From: Amoebidium appalachense
Lineage: Eukaryota > Protista > Ichthyosporea
Assembly: GCA_963693365.1 (NCBI GenBank)
Contig: CAVNZM010000003.1
Coordinates: 12,863,252-12,927,251 of the forward strand
Length of the DNA stretch: 64,000 bases
Direction: 5' to 3'
In this document: in pieces, positions 25,352 through 36,912 of the stretch
Numbering within the stretch: the first letter of the stretch is position 1
How the letters are laid out: every line of letters begins with the position of its first letter
Notes under the pieces: model-generated
Databases searched by the model: none
What the model saw: the letters and a program-made list of their open reading frames with translations, nothing else
What the model was told of the DNA's origin: nothing
Translations under genes and position numbers: made by a program

Positions 25352-28300
25352 ATGGATCCAAACAAAACTGGCGTAAACAAAATCACCATGTGGAAAGGTG
25401 AAGGGAAGACTGGTCCCGATAGCAAAACTACCTATTTTCAATGGGAAATCATTTTTCTCGGCATGATGACCGGCACTAAAGGTGTCCGACTCGTGGATGT
25501 TGTCCTTGCTGACAACTACGTCCCCCCTACCACCGTCGCGGTTGACGGTGAACCCCCCTTCTATGGCTACGGCACTACCGCGGAACTCAAAGAGGCCCGC
25601 AATTGCCTCCTGCTCCATATGATACAGAACATCGACCCTTCCGTCCTCACCACCGTTGCCCAGTACCGTATTGGCATGGACCCTGAACGGGCCATGTGGA
25701 AATTCCGTCAACACTATCTCCAAGGCAAACCCGATCAGATCCGCATCCTTCACCGTCAGTGGGATGCCTGTGCCCTTCAGCCCGGTGAATCATTCACCAC
25801 CTACCTGAGCCGTCTGCAGACCATCGTGAACCAGCTCCAGTCTCTCCAAGATGAGTCCATTCACTTCACTCGTCTAGCTGAGAAGTTCTTCAATGAACTC
25901 ACCACCAGAGACGACCTCACCCCTGAGTTCAATCGTCTTATCGAAGACTATCACTTCGGTGATAAGCTATTCCCCGACTTCGAGTCCCTCCATAACCACG
26001 TCAAGGGCATCGAGTTACGTCAAGACCTCAAGATGCAACTCCGGAACAACCGTGCCCACCGTGCCTCCAAGTCCAGCATGGCATTAAATGCCAGTGCTCC
26101 CCCCCGTGATCTTCCTCGCCGTGACTTACGCACCCGACTTGACCGTACCTCTGGCACGGACCTCCGAACTCGTCTCTCCCGTCAGCACACCCGATCCCGT
26201 TCCCCCCACCGGCCTGCCTTCCGGTCCACGTCTCGTTCCCCCAGTCGTTCCCGTTTCTCGGGTTCCCGTCGTTCTGATTCCCCGGCTCGTTCTAACACCC
26301 CGTCCGTGAAAGAATGCTCCTACTGCCACGAGCCTGATCACACGATCATCGATTGCCCTGAGCCGAAATGCCGTATGTCCAGACACAACCGTTCCCGTCA
26401 AGGCAGTGAGAAATCTGTCTCCTTTGCTTTCTCGGCATACAATGCTAGCTCCGTCCCCGTGTCCTCCGACCCTGCCTGGGATTCCGGGTGCAACATGACT
26501 GTTTGCCCCACCCGTGAGTTCTTCCATGACCTCACTCCCCTTCCGACACCGACTCCCGTTGCTGCCTTCAATGGCACCCCCGTCTTGGCCACTCACACCG
26601 GCCATATCGTCATCAACACCACCACCGACCATGGCACTACCACCCTAACCATTGAAGCCTACTACACCCCGTCTGGCCAAGCCTTCCTCATTTCAACATC
26701 CCAAGCTGCTGCCGAATACATCAAGGGTGATTTGAACGATGCCTCCACTCCGTCATTCCTCTTCGACCGACTCACCGGCCGTCATCTCGTCAACCTCCGT
26801 CTACACAACGGTCTGTATTACTTCAAGGACTACACCATTCAACCACCCACTCGTCCTGTGGCTCTGGCTGCCACTACCAGTGTTAACCCATCCATCTGGC
26901 ACCATCGTCTGGGGCACCGAGCTATGACCAGCATCAAGGACATGGTGAAACACGACCTTGTTATTGGTCTCCCCTCCTCTGTCCTCGACTGTGATGTTCC
27001 TGATTGTCATGGCTGCATTATGGGTAAGACCACCAAGGCTCCGTTCAGGGGTGACCGTCCTCACTCCAACATCCCCGGTCATGAATGGCATTGGGATTTT
27101 TTTTGAGCCTACCACAACATCGTACGGAGGTTCCAAGGTTGCTCTCGTCACTGTCTGCCGTGCCTCTGGCCTCGTCAAGATCTACCCGATGGCCGACCGT
27201 ACCACCACCCTGGATATTCTCACAGCTCACACCAACCTCGTTGCCACCCATGCCCCCTCCAAAGTTGGTGTTTACCACTTCGACTCCGGCTCTGAGTTCA
27301 CCTCCAAGGATACCCGTGCTTTTTGCCTCTCCCAGGGCATCAAGGCCAGCTATGCTCCGGTGGACTGCCCTCAACTGAACGGCTATGTTGAACGACGTAT
27401 GCGGTTCCTCCAAGAGATTGTCCGTTGCCTCCTCCATCAAGTCCAAGATCAGTCTCTGTCTCCCAAACTGTGGGCTGAGGCCCTCCAACATGCCGCCTAC
27501 ATCATCAACGTCACCCCGTCCACGACTGCCAATGGTCGTACACCATTCGAGGTTTTCTACGGTGTCAAGCCCGACATCTCCGAGCTCAAAGTGTTCGGTT
27601 GCCCTGCCTACACTCACGTGCCAGCCTCTAAACGGAACAAGCTGGCCCCCACCGTCAAACTCGGCATGTATATCGGCTATGATCTTCAATCACACTGCCA
27701 CCGGATCTTCAATGCCACCACCCATCGTGTCGGCCTCTTCCGTGATGTGATTTTCGACGAATCAGCTTATCTCCCGTCCGACATTCCATCAACCCTTCCG
27801 ACCCCCGACACCACTGCTACCTCGACCACCCCACCCCCCACAGTTGACACTGAAGATGATGTTTGTCTGGTGTACTCTGGCCCCCCTCCTGCCATCGTCG
27901 TTCCCCCGACACCCCCCCCCCACCGGCCCCCCTGCCCCCGTGCCCGTCCAGCCTGCCGACCCTCATCCTGGCCCTGGCAACGTCACACCCATCCGACCCG
28001 GCTCCCCCGACAACTTCCACTCGGCCCCGTCCAGCCCGGAGGTTGCCCCCCCTGCCCTTCCGAACTTCCAAGTTCCCCCCCCACCGTCTCCACCTACCCC
28101 GGTTCCTGCACCCCGTCGTTCTGCCCGTCTCCAGGGCAAGGTTGGACTTCAAGCCACCATCACCCTGCCAGTCCCCCCCGGTCCCCCCATCAACATCGAC
28201 CAACTACCCAAACTTGTCCGTCAACTCTGTTCCGGACCCAATGGTGATCAGGTCAAGTCAGCCCTGACTGCTGAGTATCAAGCCTTCGTCGACAAAGACA

Positions 28301-29761
28301 TCTTTGAACTTGTTGACCCTCCCCCTGGTGCTAACATCGTCGGCTTCAAGTGGATTGTCTCCGAGAAAACTCTCAACTCGGCTGGTGACACCAAGATCAA
28401 GGCACGTGGTGTTGCTCAAGGCTTCAGTCAGCAATACGGTGTTGACTATGAGTTGATTGAGAGCCCTGTCATCCGTCCGGCTGCTCTCCGTGCCATCCTA
28501 GCTCTGGCCGTTGTTGAAGGTCATGACATACATCAACTCGACGTGTCTACGGCCTTTCTCAACAGCCCACTCACCGAGACCATCTACATGAAACAACCCC
28601 CCGGGATTCATCACCATGGCCACACTTGGCAAGGTCTGGAGACTCAAGAAAGCCCTGTACGGCCTCAAGCAAGCCTCCAAGGCTTGGTACGACTTCCTCG
28701 ACGGCATTCTTCTTGCCCATGGCCTGACCCGTACTAAGACCGACCCGTGCATCTACCTCCGGTTCTTCCCCAACAACGATGTGGTACGGGCTGGTAACTA
28801 CGTCGATGACTCCACCATCACCAACACCCGGGGTTCTACTGCTGCCAGTGACCTGGCTGCCCACATCAGCAAGATGGCCAGCTGTCGTATGAGTCCATTT
28901 GACCGTATGCTCGGTGTTGATTTTAATCACTCTGATCCCCATCACCTCCACATGCACCAGAGGTCTTACATCATGGATATCATCCACGACTTCAACCTCA
29001 CCGATGCCAAGTCCAAGTCTACCCCCATCCCTGCAGGCACCACCGTCTCCCTGGCTGATTGCCCCCCCCAACCGTTCACCGTGCCCTACCGTGAGTTACT
29101 CGGCCGTCTCCTCTGGGTGGCACGGTGCACACGTCCCGACATTGCCTATGCCATCGGCTTCCTTGGTCGGTTCAGCACCAACCCCGGCAAGACTCACTGG
29201 GACCTTCTCCGTCGTGTGGCCCGGTACCTGCTCGGCACCATTGACCTTGGCATTGACTACAAGTACTCGGCCACCCAGTCCCCCATACTCGAATGCTACA
29301 CGGATGCTGACTTTGCTGGTTGTGCCGACAGCAAGAAGTCTACCACCGGCTACATTATCGTGTTTGCTGGTATGCCCGTCATCTGGTACTCCAAGCTCCA
29401 GCCCATCACGGCCACCAGCACCACTGAAGCTGAGCTGATTGCTCTCAATGCTGGCACCCAAGAAGTTGCTTGGGTCCGTGACCTCTTCAAGGAACTCGGC
29501 TGTCCCATGCTTGCTCCGACTCCGGTGTACTGTGACAACCAGTCGACCATTGCCATCGTCAACTCCACCGGCATCAAGCACCGTACCAAACACATTGCCG
29601 TCCGGTATCACAACACCAAGGACTACATTGCCAGTGGGGACGTGGTTGTCCACTACGTTGAGTCAGCCCACAACTTAGCTGACATACTCACCAAACCCCT
29701 CCCCGGCCCGAGTCATGTCCACCATCGTGCTCGACTTTGTTTACCGGATATTGTGGATTGA
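25352..29761 (+). CDS. Copia gag-pol polyprotein with three apparent frameshifts (about 27100, 27915, 28600)
   Basis: Zn knuckle CSYCHEPDHTIIDC, protease WDSGC, GAG-pre-integrase WHHRLGH, integrase DSGSEF/NGYVERR, RT LDVSTAFL/LYGLKQA/YVDD, RNaseH YTDADFAG/ADILTK. The frame breaks lie in T or C homopolymers. Confidence 0.93.
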
Positions 29762-30174
29762 CCCGACCTACTTCAAGAGTGATTTTCTCATGTGTACTAC
29801 TTACTTTATCAACATCATTATATCATATGTATTGCCTTTGTGGGTATGCCCACTTAGGGTTTATATATAAGGTTTGACCTGTACCATCACTCTACTCTAT
29901 CTTTCACTGGTTTAAAACCCAGTTAATCAAACACCGCCTATACACGTTATATATATTCGTTGTTTTTGCCCCGGTTCCTTCCCCCCCTCCCCCCTTCCCC
30001 CCCCTTCCCCCCCCCTTCCCCCCCCCCCTCCCCCCCCTTCTCCCCCCCCCCCCCCCCCCCCGGGAAAAGTACACACTTTAATTATTTTTTTTTTCCGTTT
30101 CTGTTCTCAAGTGGGGAGATTTCACTAGTTCAGTGGGGATATGATAACACAAACTTCAAAGTCTTAAGTGGGGA

Positions 30175-31099
30175 TGTTGTAATACGTAGTATTTACATAT
30201 GGTAAGATCTTCTCAGTTTGTGTTATGTTTCAGTTCATATGCTTAGTGTAAATGCCACACTCCTATTATGTAAAGTGTAGCATCGATCTCCGATATGCTT
30301 GTATACTTGTAATCGTGTTGTATCGGCTTTAATCGTGTATTGTAATATCGATTAGAATATTTATATGTGTGTACACGGATCCACCCACTCAGGGAGAGAC
30401 GTGTACATGTTCGTGTGTACATAAATATCTCTGGTTATAGTTATGCTATTACTATCTTGTTTGTTGATCTGTGCTCTCTTTTCCTTCCTCTTTCTCCTTC
30501 CTTATTTTCTTTTCTTTCTCTCCTTGTCTTCATGTGTATAATCGTATTTCTTTTCTACTAATATATGTTAGGTAGATTTGTGTTACTTAATACGTGTTCA
30601 TTGGACGGTAACACACTTAGGCTACACTTAGAATAGCATGTGTGTTTAGACTTCATTAATTCACTTTAGTTTTCATGTGTTGCCGGGCTTTAACCAATCA
30701 TCAAGGTTAAGTGTGATATGTCTGAGTCTTTGCAGTATGTCATAGGTTAGAACTTCCTTGATGATGACACGAGTTGATCTTAACTAGTGTCTGTGTCCTA
30801 TCGTGTACGCCTCCGCGTACCGGATCTCTCTGAAAGCAATTGGTTCTTAGTGATTGGTTTCTATTAGAGATGGATCTGATTTCCGACTGGTCGGAAATCA
30901 TGTATGGATTGGACTTAGAGGAATTTCAGGTATTTATTCGAAGATCAGAATAAATTCAGTTCAGTCGTGTCTAAACATTGATGTCTGTTGTGTACACTGC
31001 TCCGATCGTTCCGTGTTTTGTTGTTGTGTGTGTCTGTGGTGTTTTCACACTGCACCACTGTGTCTCTGCTTACATCCCAAATACTTATAGAATTTAACA
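30175..31099 (+). repeat. Copia 3' LTR
   Basis: Copy of the 5' LTR, followed by TSD TTTGG. Confidence 0.97.
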
Positions 31100-31478
31100 T
31101 TTGGACCATTGTGATCGTGGTGGTCCTTGGCGTGGCCGCTTACTCCCACTGGGGCAGCAGGTTGAAAAAACAAGCAACGGGCTTGTACTCACAACAAACG
31201 GGGCCTGGCAGTGCGGATGCCCGCCTCCCAGCAACCATACCCATAAAGAATGTGGAAGAAACCAACCCCTTCACTGTCCATCAAGATGCTCATGGGACTG
31301 GTGACAGTTTGGATGAACACCTTCCTCCGCCACCGCTAATCGACAACCTATGGCCGTCCGCCGCTGTTCAGGAAGGCGAGTCAAAACCGCATATGGCCGC
31401 AACCCCTTCCGCCGCCGCTCGGCCTTCTTGCGCCCAGGCAGGTCCGCGGCAAGGGCCTATCCGCCGCTGTTTGAGTAG

Positions 31479-33665
31479 TTAGGCCGCCGGGGCCAGGCCG
31501 TTGGGGCCGCCCAGGCCCAGCTCCTCCACCAGCCGGGGGCCGCACCCGCACCCGCACTTGCCAGTGGGCTGCGCGTGCCAGCTTTTGGAGGCCTCGTGTG
31601 CCGTGTAGGGGGCACTGGCCCCGTTGTCGTACAGCACCTCGGGCTGGGCGGGGGCCCCGGAGTCGAGGGGGATCTCCGGCCGCTGCTGCACGAGGGCCGC
31701 CAGCGCCCACTCCTCCCCGCTGACCTCGATTGTGTGCTCGCCCGCCCACTCAAGGCCGCTCACATGCCCGCCCCCGGCGCCCCTTCCGCCCGCGGGTATG
31801 GGTCTGGGGCCTGGCAATGGGGGTGGGGGGATGCCGCGGTCCTCGCGTGCTGGATGCAGGGGGAAGGGGGTGCCTGGTGCAGCATACAGTCGCTCTTGTC
31901 GCTCGGTGAGAAAGGGTGTAGCCGATGCCGCCGGTGCATAGAGGAAGGTGGTGGTGTCGTCTTTTTGTTGCTGGGTCATGTGGGGCTGCAGGCCCAGTAG
32001 GTAGTTGACAATTTCCCGTGACTGGCAGCACCTCACTGCCCCCTCCACCACACACCGGTAGGCCGTGGTCATCATCATGCTCACCAGTTTGTACGCACCC
32101 GACACGTTTGCCCAGAAGAATGCAGACTTGACAAGCAGCGTGTCTGCTGCGTCCATCAGGTTCCGCATGTCTCTCACGTCGTCAAAGCTGGTGCCTGTCT
32201 GGCCTTTTGCGCGCTGGTACCCCCTGTACAGTGTGTACACAACCGCGCGCACAATGAAGGGGCGCAAGTATGCCTGTGCCATCCTGCTGGCGTCGTTGTT
32301 GACTTCAAAGAACCCCCACACTGTGTGCGATGGCCCTAGCACTGTATCCAGTACGTACCCCACAAACGCAGATGCTTGGTTTTTGATGAATCCAAAGATG
32401 ACTGCTAATGGGAGCGTTGTCAAATATTTGACAGTTTCGATTGGAGCTGTAATTGCACCCACTGTGCTGGCCCCGACGTTATACACGCCACTGGCCACGC
32501 CACTGGCCACAGACCATGTCAGTCCTCCAACATACCCCCCTGTGGATTTGATGTAGTCTAACCAGCCTTGGTTTTGGTGCCTGGCCTGTAGGGTGGTAGG
32601 GGTGTCTTGTGGCGAACTTAAAGTGCCCAGCCAACTGGGCGTCATGTAACTCAGAAGGTCGGCGAGTTCACGGCTCAGCCAAGCGGCGCCCACTGGCATG
32701 GCAAGGTGCCCCTGGCCTGTGAACAACAGACACGCCATCACCAACGTGACCTCCAGCAGCTTTTGTGCTGTGTAGCCAAACGCTGGGTGCTTGAAAATCA
32801 GCTCAAGCGTGGACCCAATGCGGCCGCCCAGGCCCATGGACCCCATGAGGGACTTCCAGGAGGGTAGCCATCTGCGGAAGGCATCGCTGCGGGACACGAG
32901 CATGGCCATGATGTTGGAGAGCTTGGTTATCATGCTGCCCAGCAGGCTGTTTTTGTCCAGCATGCCGCCCAGGACCGTGGTCTGCTTCTCGTGGCCGTCA
33001 AGCACGCGGATGTGCAGACGCAGGCAGGGCTCCAGTGCGGCGAACTTCTCGGGGGTGCCATATTCCGGCACAATTTCGCTGCCCTCGATGAAGCGCAGCA
33101 GGGCGCGTGCGTCGTAGCACATGGTCTTGTTTGGCGAGTAGAAGTCTGGTGCGGAAAAGATGCGCAGCTGCGGCAGCTCGCGGTCGGCCGGGCGGGGGAA
33201 CACGCACTCGGTGGCCAGACGGTCGGCCCGCATGTCCTCCACCTCCTTCACAAAGGCGCTGGCAAACAGCTCGTTGACGGAGCAGGCCTCGGGGCTGCCG
33301 GTGGGCATGTGTGTGGGACCGTCTGGTTTGGTGTCGGTGATCGGCATGGCCACGGCCCGCAGGATGGACTGCAGGGGAGAGGCAAGGGCATCGAATGCCG
33401 CGCGCGCGTCTGGATTGTGCAGAACGAGGTCCAGGTCTGTGAGCGGGCCGGGAGGAGCTGGGGGCTGCACGGGGGGTGCGGGGGCTGCCTGTTTGGGACT
33501 TGCCGGCTCCACCAGAGTGGACATGTCTGCCTTCAGCTTCTTGAATGCCGGCTCTGGTCCATCGGCACCCTGGTGTGGCCGTTTGGGGGGCGGTTCTAGG
33601 TATGGGGTGTGCAGGGCTGTGTCTGTTGTTGTCCGGGGGGTGGCTGCAGCTGTGGGTGCGGCCAT
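31479..33665 (-). CDS. Hypothetical protein (728 aa) with Pro-rich termini and hydrophobic helical core
   Basis: Long GC3-rich ORF; likely ATG at 33665 (MAAPTAAATP); no family recognised. Confidence 0.75.
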   Translation of the reverse strand: MAAPTAAATPRTTTDTALHTPYLEPPPKRPHQGADGPEPAFKKLKADMSTLVEPASPKQAAPAPPVQPPAPPGPLTDLDLVLHNPDARAAFDALASPLQSILRAVAMPITDTKPDGPTHMPTGSPEACSVNELFASAFVKEVEDMRADRLATECVFPRPADRELPQLRIFSAPDFYSPNKTMCYDARALLRFIEGSEIVPEYGTPEKFAALEPCLRLHIRVLDGHEKQTTVLGGMLDKNSLLGSMITKLSNIMAMLVSRSDAFRRWLPSWKSLMGSMGLGGRIGSTLELIFKHPAFGYTAQKLLEVTLVMACLLFTGQGHLAMPVGAAWLSRELADLLSYMTPSWLGTLSSPQDTPTTLQARHQNQGWLDYIKSTGGYVGGLTWSVASGVASGVYNVGASTVGAITAPIETVKYLTTLPLAVIFGFIKNQASAFVGYVLDTVLGPSHTVWGFFEVNNDASRMAQAYLRPFIVRAVVYTLYRGYQRAKGQTGTSFDDVRDMRNLMDAADTLLVKSAFFWANVSGAYKLVSMMMTTAYRCVVEGAVRCCQSREIVNYLLGLQPHMTQQQKDDTTTFLYAPAASATPFLTERQERLYAAPGTPFPLHPAREDRGIPPPPLPGPRPIPAGGRGAGGGHVSGLEWAGEHTIEVSGEEWALAALVQQRPEIPLDSGAPAQPEVLYDNGASAPYTAHEASKSWHAQPTGKCGCGCGPRLVEELGLGGPNGLAPAA

Positions 33666-33731
33666 GGGGACGGGTTTCCCTTGGTATGGGGCGGGTAATA
33701 AAACTTTTTGGGCACATAAAAAGCCTGGAAC

Positions 33732-34664
33732 ATGGATGATAGCATCCCTTCTTTTTTTTCGATGGAAGAACTTTCGCGCCTGTGCCGGGAGGGCAAGAGG
33801 CCCACGTGTGTGCCGCCCAGCCTTGCACCCCACATGGCCGGCCTGGCTGCACAGGGCCTTGTGCCCTGCTGTGCACGGCAGGCTGGGTTCAAGCGGGGGC
33901 GCATCCCTGTGGACTGCCAGTCGTACATAGCATACATGCCCGCATGGCCCCCGGGCATTACCCGTGCCCAGTTTGAAAAGGAGTGCCGCAGGGCAGCTGC
34001 CGTGCACGGGCACACGTTTTGCCGGGGCGTCAAGTACCGCTCACGTGCGGTGCTCACTGGCTACACAAGCCGCCCAATGGCTGCGGTCCTGCACCACTTG
34101 TTCAACACACAAGCAACCAGTATGATAATGTTGGTGCATGAGGAGGCATCTGTGGGCCCCCGGGGCCGCCAGCCATTGGGCCGCTGGCCCCCGCCGAGTG
34201 CGATGCCCGTTGAGTGTGCACTGTACCCCCGGGGCCCCAGACACACCATCCCTGTGGGTGCAAATCTGAATCTGGGTGTGATGCCCAGCAGCCTGCCGGT
34301 GACTGCATACCTGATGGGTGCAGAATCGCGTGTGGGCCACCTCCTTGCCAGCTACCCGCAGACAGGCCAGCCGCACGTGCGTCTGACCCCCCGTTTTCAC
34401 AGGGATGTGTGCCTGGTGACGTTTGTGGACCTGAGATGGGGCCGCCGCCTGGAGGCACGTGGGGGGCTGTTGGCCTCGGTGCAGCGCTGCCTGGCCAGCA
34501 TCACCCTGCCGCCACCACTGCAGCCCACCCACATGCCGTGGCCCCGGCTGTTGTCGCGGGTGCACACCATGCCCACCAACCCGCTTGCACCCGTGCCTGA
34601 GAGCCCCTCCCTGCCTGTGGGCACCACCGGCCAGCAGCAGTCTGTCCGTAGGCGCACGCTTTGA
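33732..34664 (+). CDS. Hypothetical protein (about 300 aa), co-oriented upstream of the glycosyltransferase
   Basis: ORF divergent from the preceding gene; ATG at 33732 or 33762. Confidence 0.6.
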   Translation: MDDSIPSFFSMEELSRLCREGKRPTCVPPSLAPHMAGLAAQGLVPCCARQAGFKRGRIPVDCQSYIAYMPAWPPGITRAQFEKECRRAAAVHGHTFCRGVKYRSRAVLTGYTSRPMAAVLHHLFNTQATSMIMLVHEEASVGPRGRQPLGRWPPPSAMPVECALYPRGPRHTIPVGANLNLGVMPSSLPVTAYLMGAESRVGHLLASYPQTGQPHVRLTPRFHRDVCLVTFVDLRWGRRLEARGGLLASVQRCLASITLPPPLQPTHMPWPRLLSRVHTMPTNPLAPVPESPSLPVGTTGQQQSVRRRTL

Positions 34665-34789
34665 GCAACCCCCCCCCCCCCCCCCCCCCCTCCCCTCCCC
34701 CCCCCCCCCCCCCCTCCTGTGGCACCAGTGTGACTATGGGCGCCATTTGAAGTGTGGGTATAAATTTTTTGTGGGGCCCAGCAACCAAG

Positions 34790-35560
34790 ATGAAGTACGT
34801 GGTGGCAGTGCCAACGTATGGCCGATCTACTACAATAGGCAGGAAGACCCTTGCGATGCTAGCAAGCAGGCATGTTGATATGGCCCGGGTGTTCATTTTT
34901 GTGGCAGGCAAGGCCGAGCTGCAAAAGTACAAGGAGGCGCTGATGACGGCATACCCGCAGCTAAACTATGTGGTTGGCAAACGAGGCATTTGCGCACAGA
35001 GGCGCTTCATTGCCACCCACTTTCCCGTGGGCACCAAAGTGGTGTCTATTGACGACGACGTACCCAACGTGAGCCAATTGAAGAGGGGAAGGCTGGTGCC
35101 TATTTCCAACCTGCACACGTGGTTTGTGCATGCGTTTGTCGTGCTGAGAAAGGCCCGTGCCTATCTGTGGGGTGTGTATCCAGTTGTCAACGCCATGTTT
35201 ATGCGCGACGTAGTGGCCCAGGGCCTTCTGTTTATCCCAGGGGTGCTTTTTGGGTTTGTGGTGCGGCATGAACGCGGCCTGTTGCCGTCTGTCCCACAGA
35301 AGGAGGATGTGGAGATGAGCATTCTCTACTACAAGAGGGATGGAAAGGTGGTGCGGTTCAACGGGGTGGTCGCGCACAGCCGCATTATGGCCAACAACGG
35401 AGGGCTGGGCAGGGACACGCACATGCGCAGGGCCATCAACAGACGCGCAGCCATGCTATTACAGCGCAGGTACCCTGAGTATGGTCGTATGTGCCTACGG
35501 GGCGCTGGACGGTACGAATTCAAGCTGTTTAGGATGCCCCGGGAAGGGCACTTGCAATGA
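34790..35560 (+). CDS. TET-associated (GREB1/JGT-like, GT-A fold) DNA glycosyltransferase
   Basis: MKYVVAVPTYGR start, G...RRFI, metal-binding SIDDD, LWGVYP..N..F, KEDVE.SI.YY..DG.V.RF and GGL motifs of TAGT-type enzymes; adjacent to a TET/JBP gene. Confidence 0.88.
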   Translation: MKYVVAVPTYGRSTTIGRKTLAMLASRHVDMARVFIFVAGKAELQKYKEALMTAYPQLNYVVGKRGICAQRRFIATHFPVGTKVVSIDDDVPNVSQLKRGRLVPISNLHTWFVHAFVVLRKARAYLWGVYPVVNAMFMRDVVAQGLLFIPGVLFGFVVRHERGLLPSVPQKEDVEMSILYYKRDGKVVRFNGVVAHSRIMANNGGLGRDTHMRRAINRRAAMLLQRRYPEYGRMCLRGAGRYEFKLFRMPREGHLQ

Positions 35561-35585
35561 ATTATGTGCGCGCCGTGTAAGCAAC

Positions 35586-36398
35586 ATGCGAACAGTAACC
35601 GCACGCAGGCAGCGCATCTGTGCGGAAGGCAGGTTTTACAGAAGCGGGGCGGGGTGGAAGATGTTGGGCAGGGACCGCCAAAGCGTGTTGGTGCAAGACA
35701 GCGAGGGCAATGTGCTGGGCCTGTTGCTGTGCAGTGTGTTGGGAATGACAGACATAGCCCGTGGGAGGCGACTAGATGCGTATAAAACAAGCACAGACGC
35801 ACGGGCTGTTGCGGCAGGGGTGCGCAAGGTGCACACCCTCGCGAATGGCACCACCATTGTGCGGGGGGTGCCTGTGCATTCGGGAATGGTGGGGTATTCG
35901 CCCCCCTCGTCGTTCAATGGGTGCCGCCAGACCGCCCTTTACAAACGGCACGTGGACCTGTTTGAGCAGGACACGGTCAAGCTGGTAGCGACAATCAGCA
36001 AGTTGTTTCGCAAATGGTGCCCTGTGCAGTACCGGAAGCAGGCGGCCTTCATACGTACGTGTAACAAGAACATGGTGCTGCCGAAAACAGTGTACACCAC
36101 TATCACAGTCAACAGAACCTGGAGAACGGCGGCACACCGTGACAAGGGGGACTTCAAGAGTGGCCTGGGCAACTTGGCTGTTTTCTCAGCTGGTAAATAC
36201 ACGGGCGGCGAGCTCCTCATGCCCGAGTACAAGGTGGGGTTTGACGTGCAGGAGGGGGACGTGCTGTTTTTTGACGTCCACCAGATCCATTGCAACAACC
36301 CAATCCAGGGGGAAGGCAGGGTTTCGCTGGTGTGCTATGCCATGGAGCAGATTGCAAAAAGGTGCAAGGGGGTGAGCAGGGCCGCACTGCGAGGATAG
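35586..36398 (+). CDS. TET/JBP-family 2-oxoglutarate/Fe(II) 5-methylpyrimidine dioxygenase
   Basis: SGMVGY, CRQT, TTITVN..RTAAHRDKGD (HxD), GGEL..PEY, DVHQIHCN (distal His) and RVSLVCY (2OG-binding Arg). Confidence 0.93.
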   Translation: MRTVTARRQRICAEGRFYRSGAGWKMLGRDRQSVLVQDSEGNVLGLLLCSVLGMTDIARGRRLDAYKTSTDARAVAAGVRKVHTLANGTTIVRGVPVHSGMVGYSPPSSFNGCRQTALYKRHVDLFEQDTVKLVATISKLFRKWCPVQYRKQAAFIRTCNKNMVLPKTVYTTITVNRTWRTAAHRDKGDFKSGLGNLAVFSAGKYTGGELLMPEYKVGFDVQEGDVLFFDVHQIHCNNPIQGEGRVSLVCYAMEQIAKRCKGVSRAALRG

Positions 36399-36404
36399 GC
36401 ATTG

Positions 36405-36814
<410 letters not shown>

Positions 36815-36912
36815 ACCGTTGTATGGGCAAGACTGCGCCTGGGCAGGGACTGGTTCTTTGGGTTGTATTGGTATTGTATTTCTGGGATCCAGAGGTTTTG
36901 AAGGTACAAAGT

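Larger units (their letters stand above)
24365..31099 (+). mobile_element. Full-length Ty1/Copia LTR retrotransposon
   Basis: 925-bp TG...CA LTRs, TSD TTTGG, PBS-like GGTTATGCAGCCC, PPT AAGTGGGGA, and gag-PR-INT-RT-RNaseH order. Confidence 0.98.
24335..31482 (+). pseudogene. Small membrane-anchored protein gene (about 135 aa) split by the Copia insertion (pieces 24335-24364 and 31105-31482)
   Basis: Removing the element and one TSD copy restores MVAGTTIAFW|TIVIVVVLGVAAYSHWGSRLKK... in frame. Confidence 0.8.

Noticed and set aside
27090-28610. Programmed ribosomal frameshifting in the Copia pol
   Set aside because: The three breaks lie inside integrase, the linker and RT, all at homopolymers; indel errors or mutations are more plausible.
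35340-35585. N-terminal extension of TET/JBP overlapping the glycosyltransferase
   Set aside because: It lies in another frame of the GT gene and does not look protein-like; the ATG at 35586 gives a typical compact enzyme.
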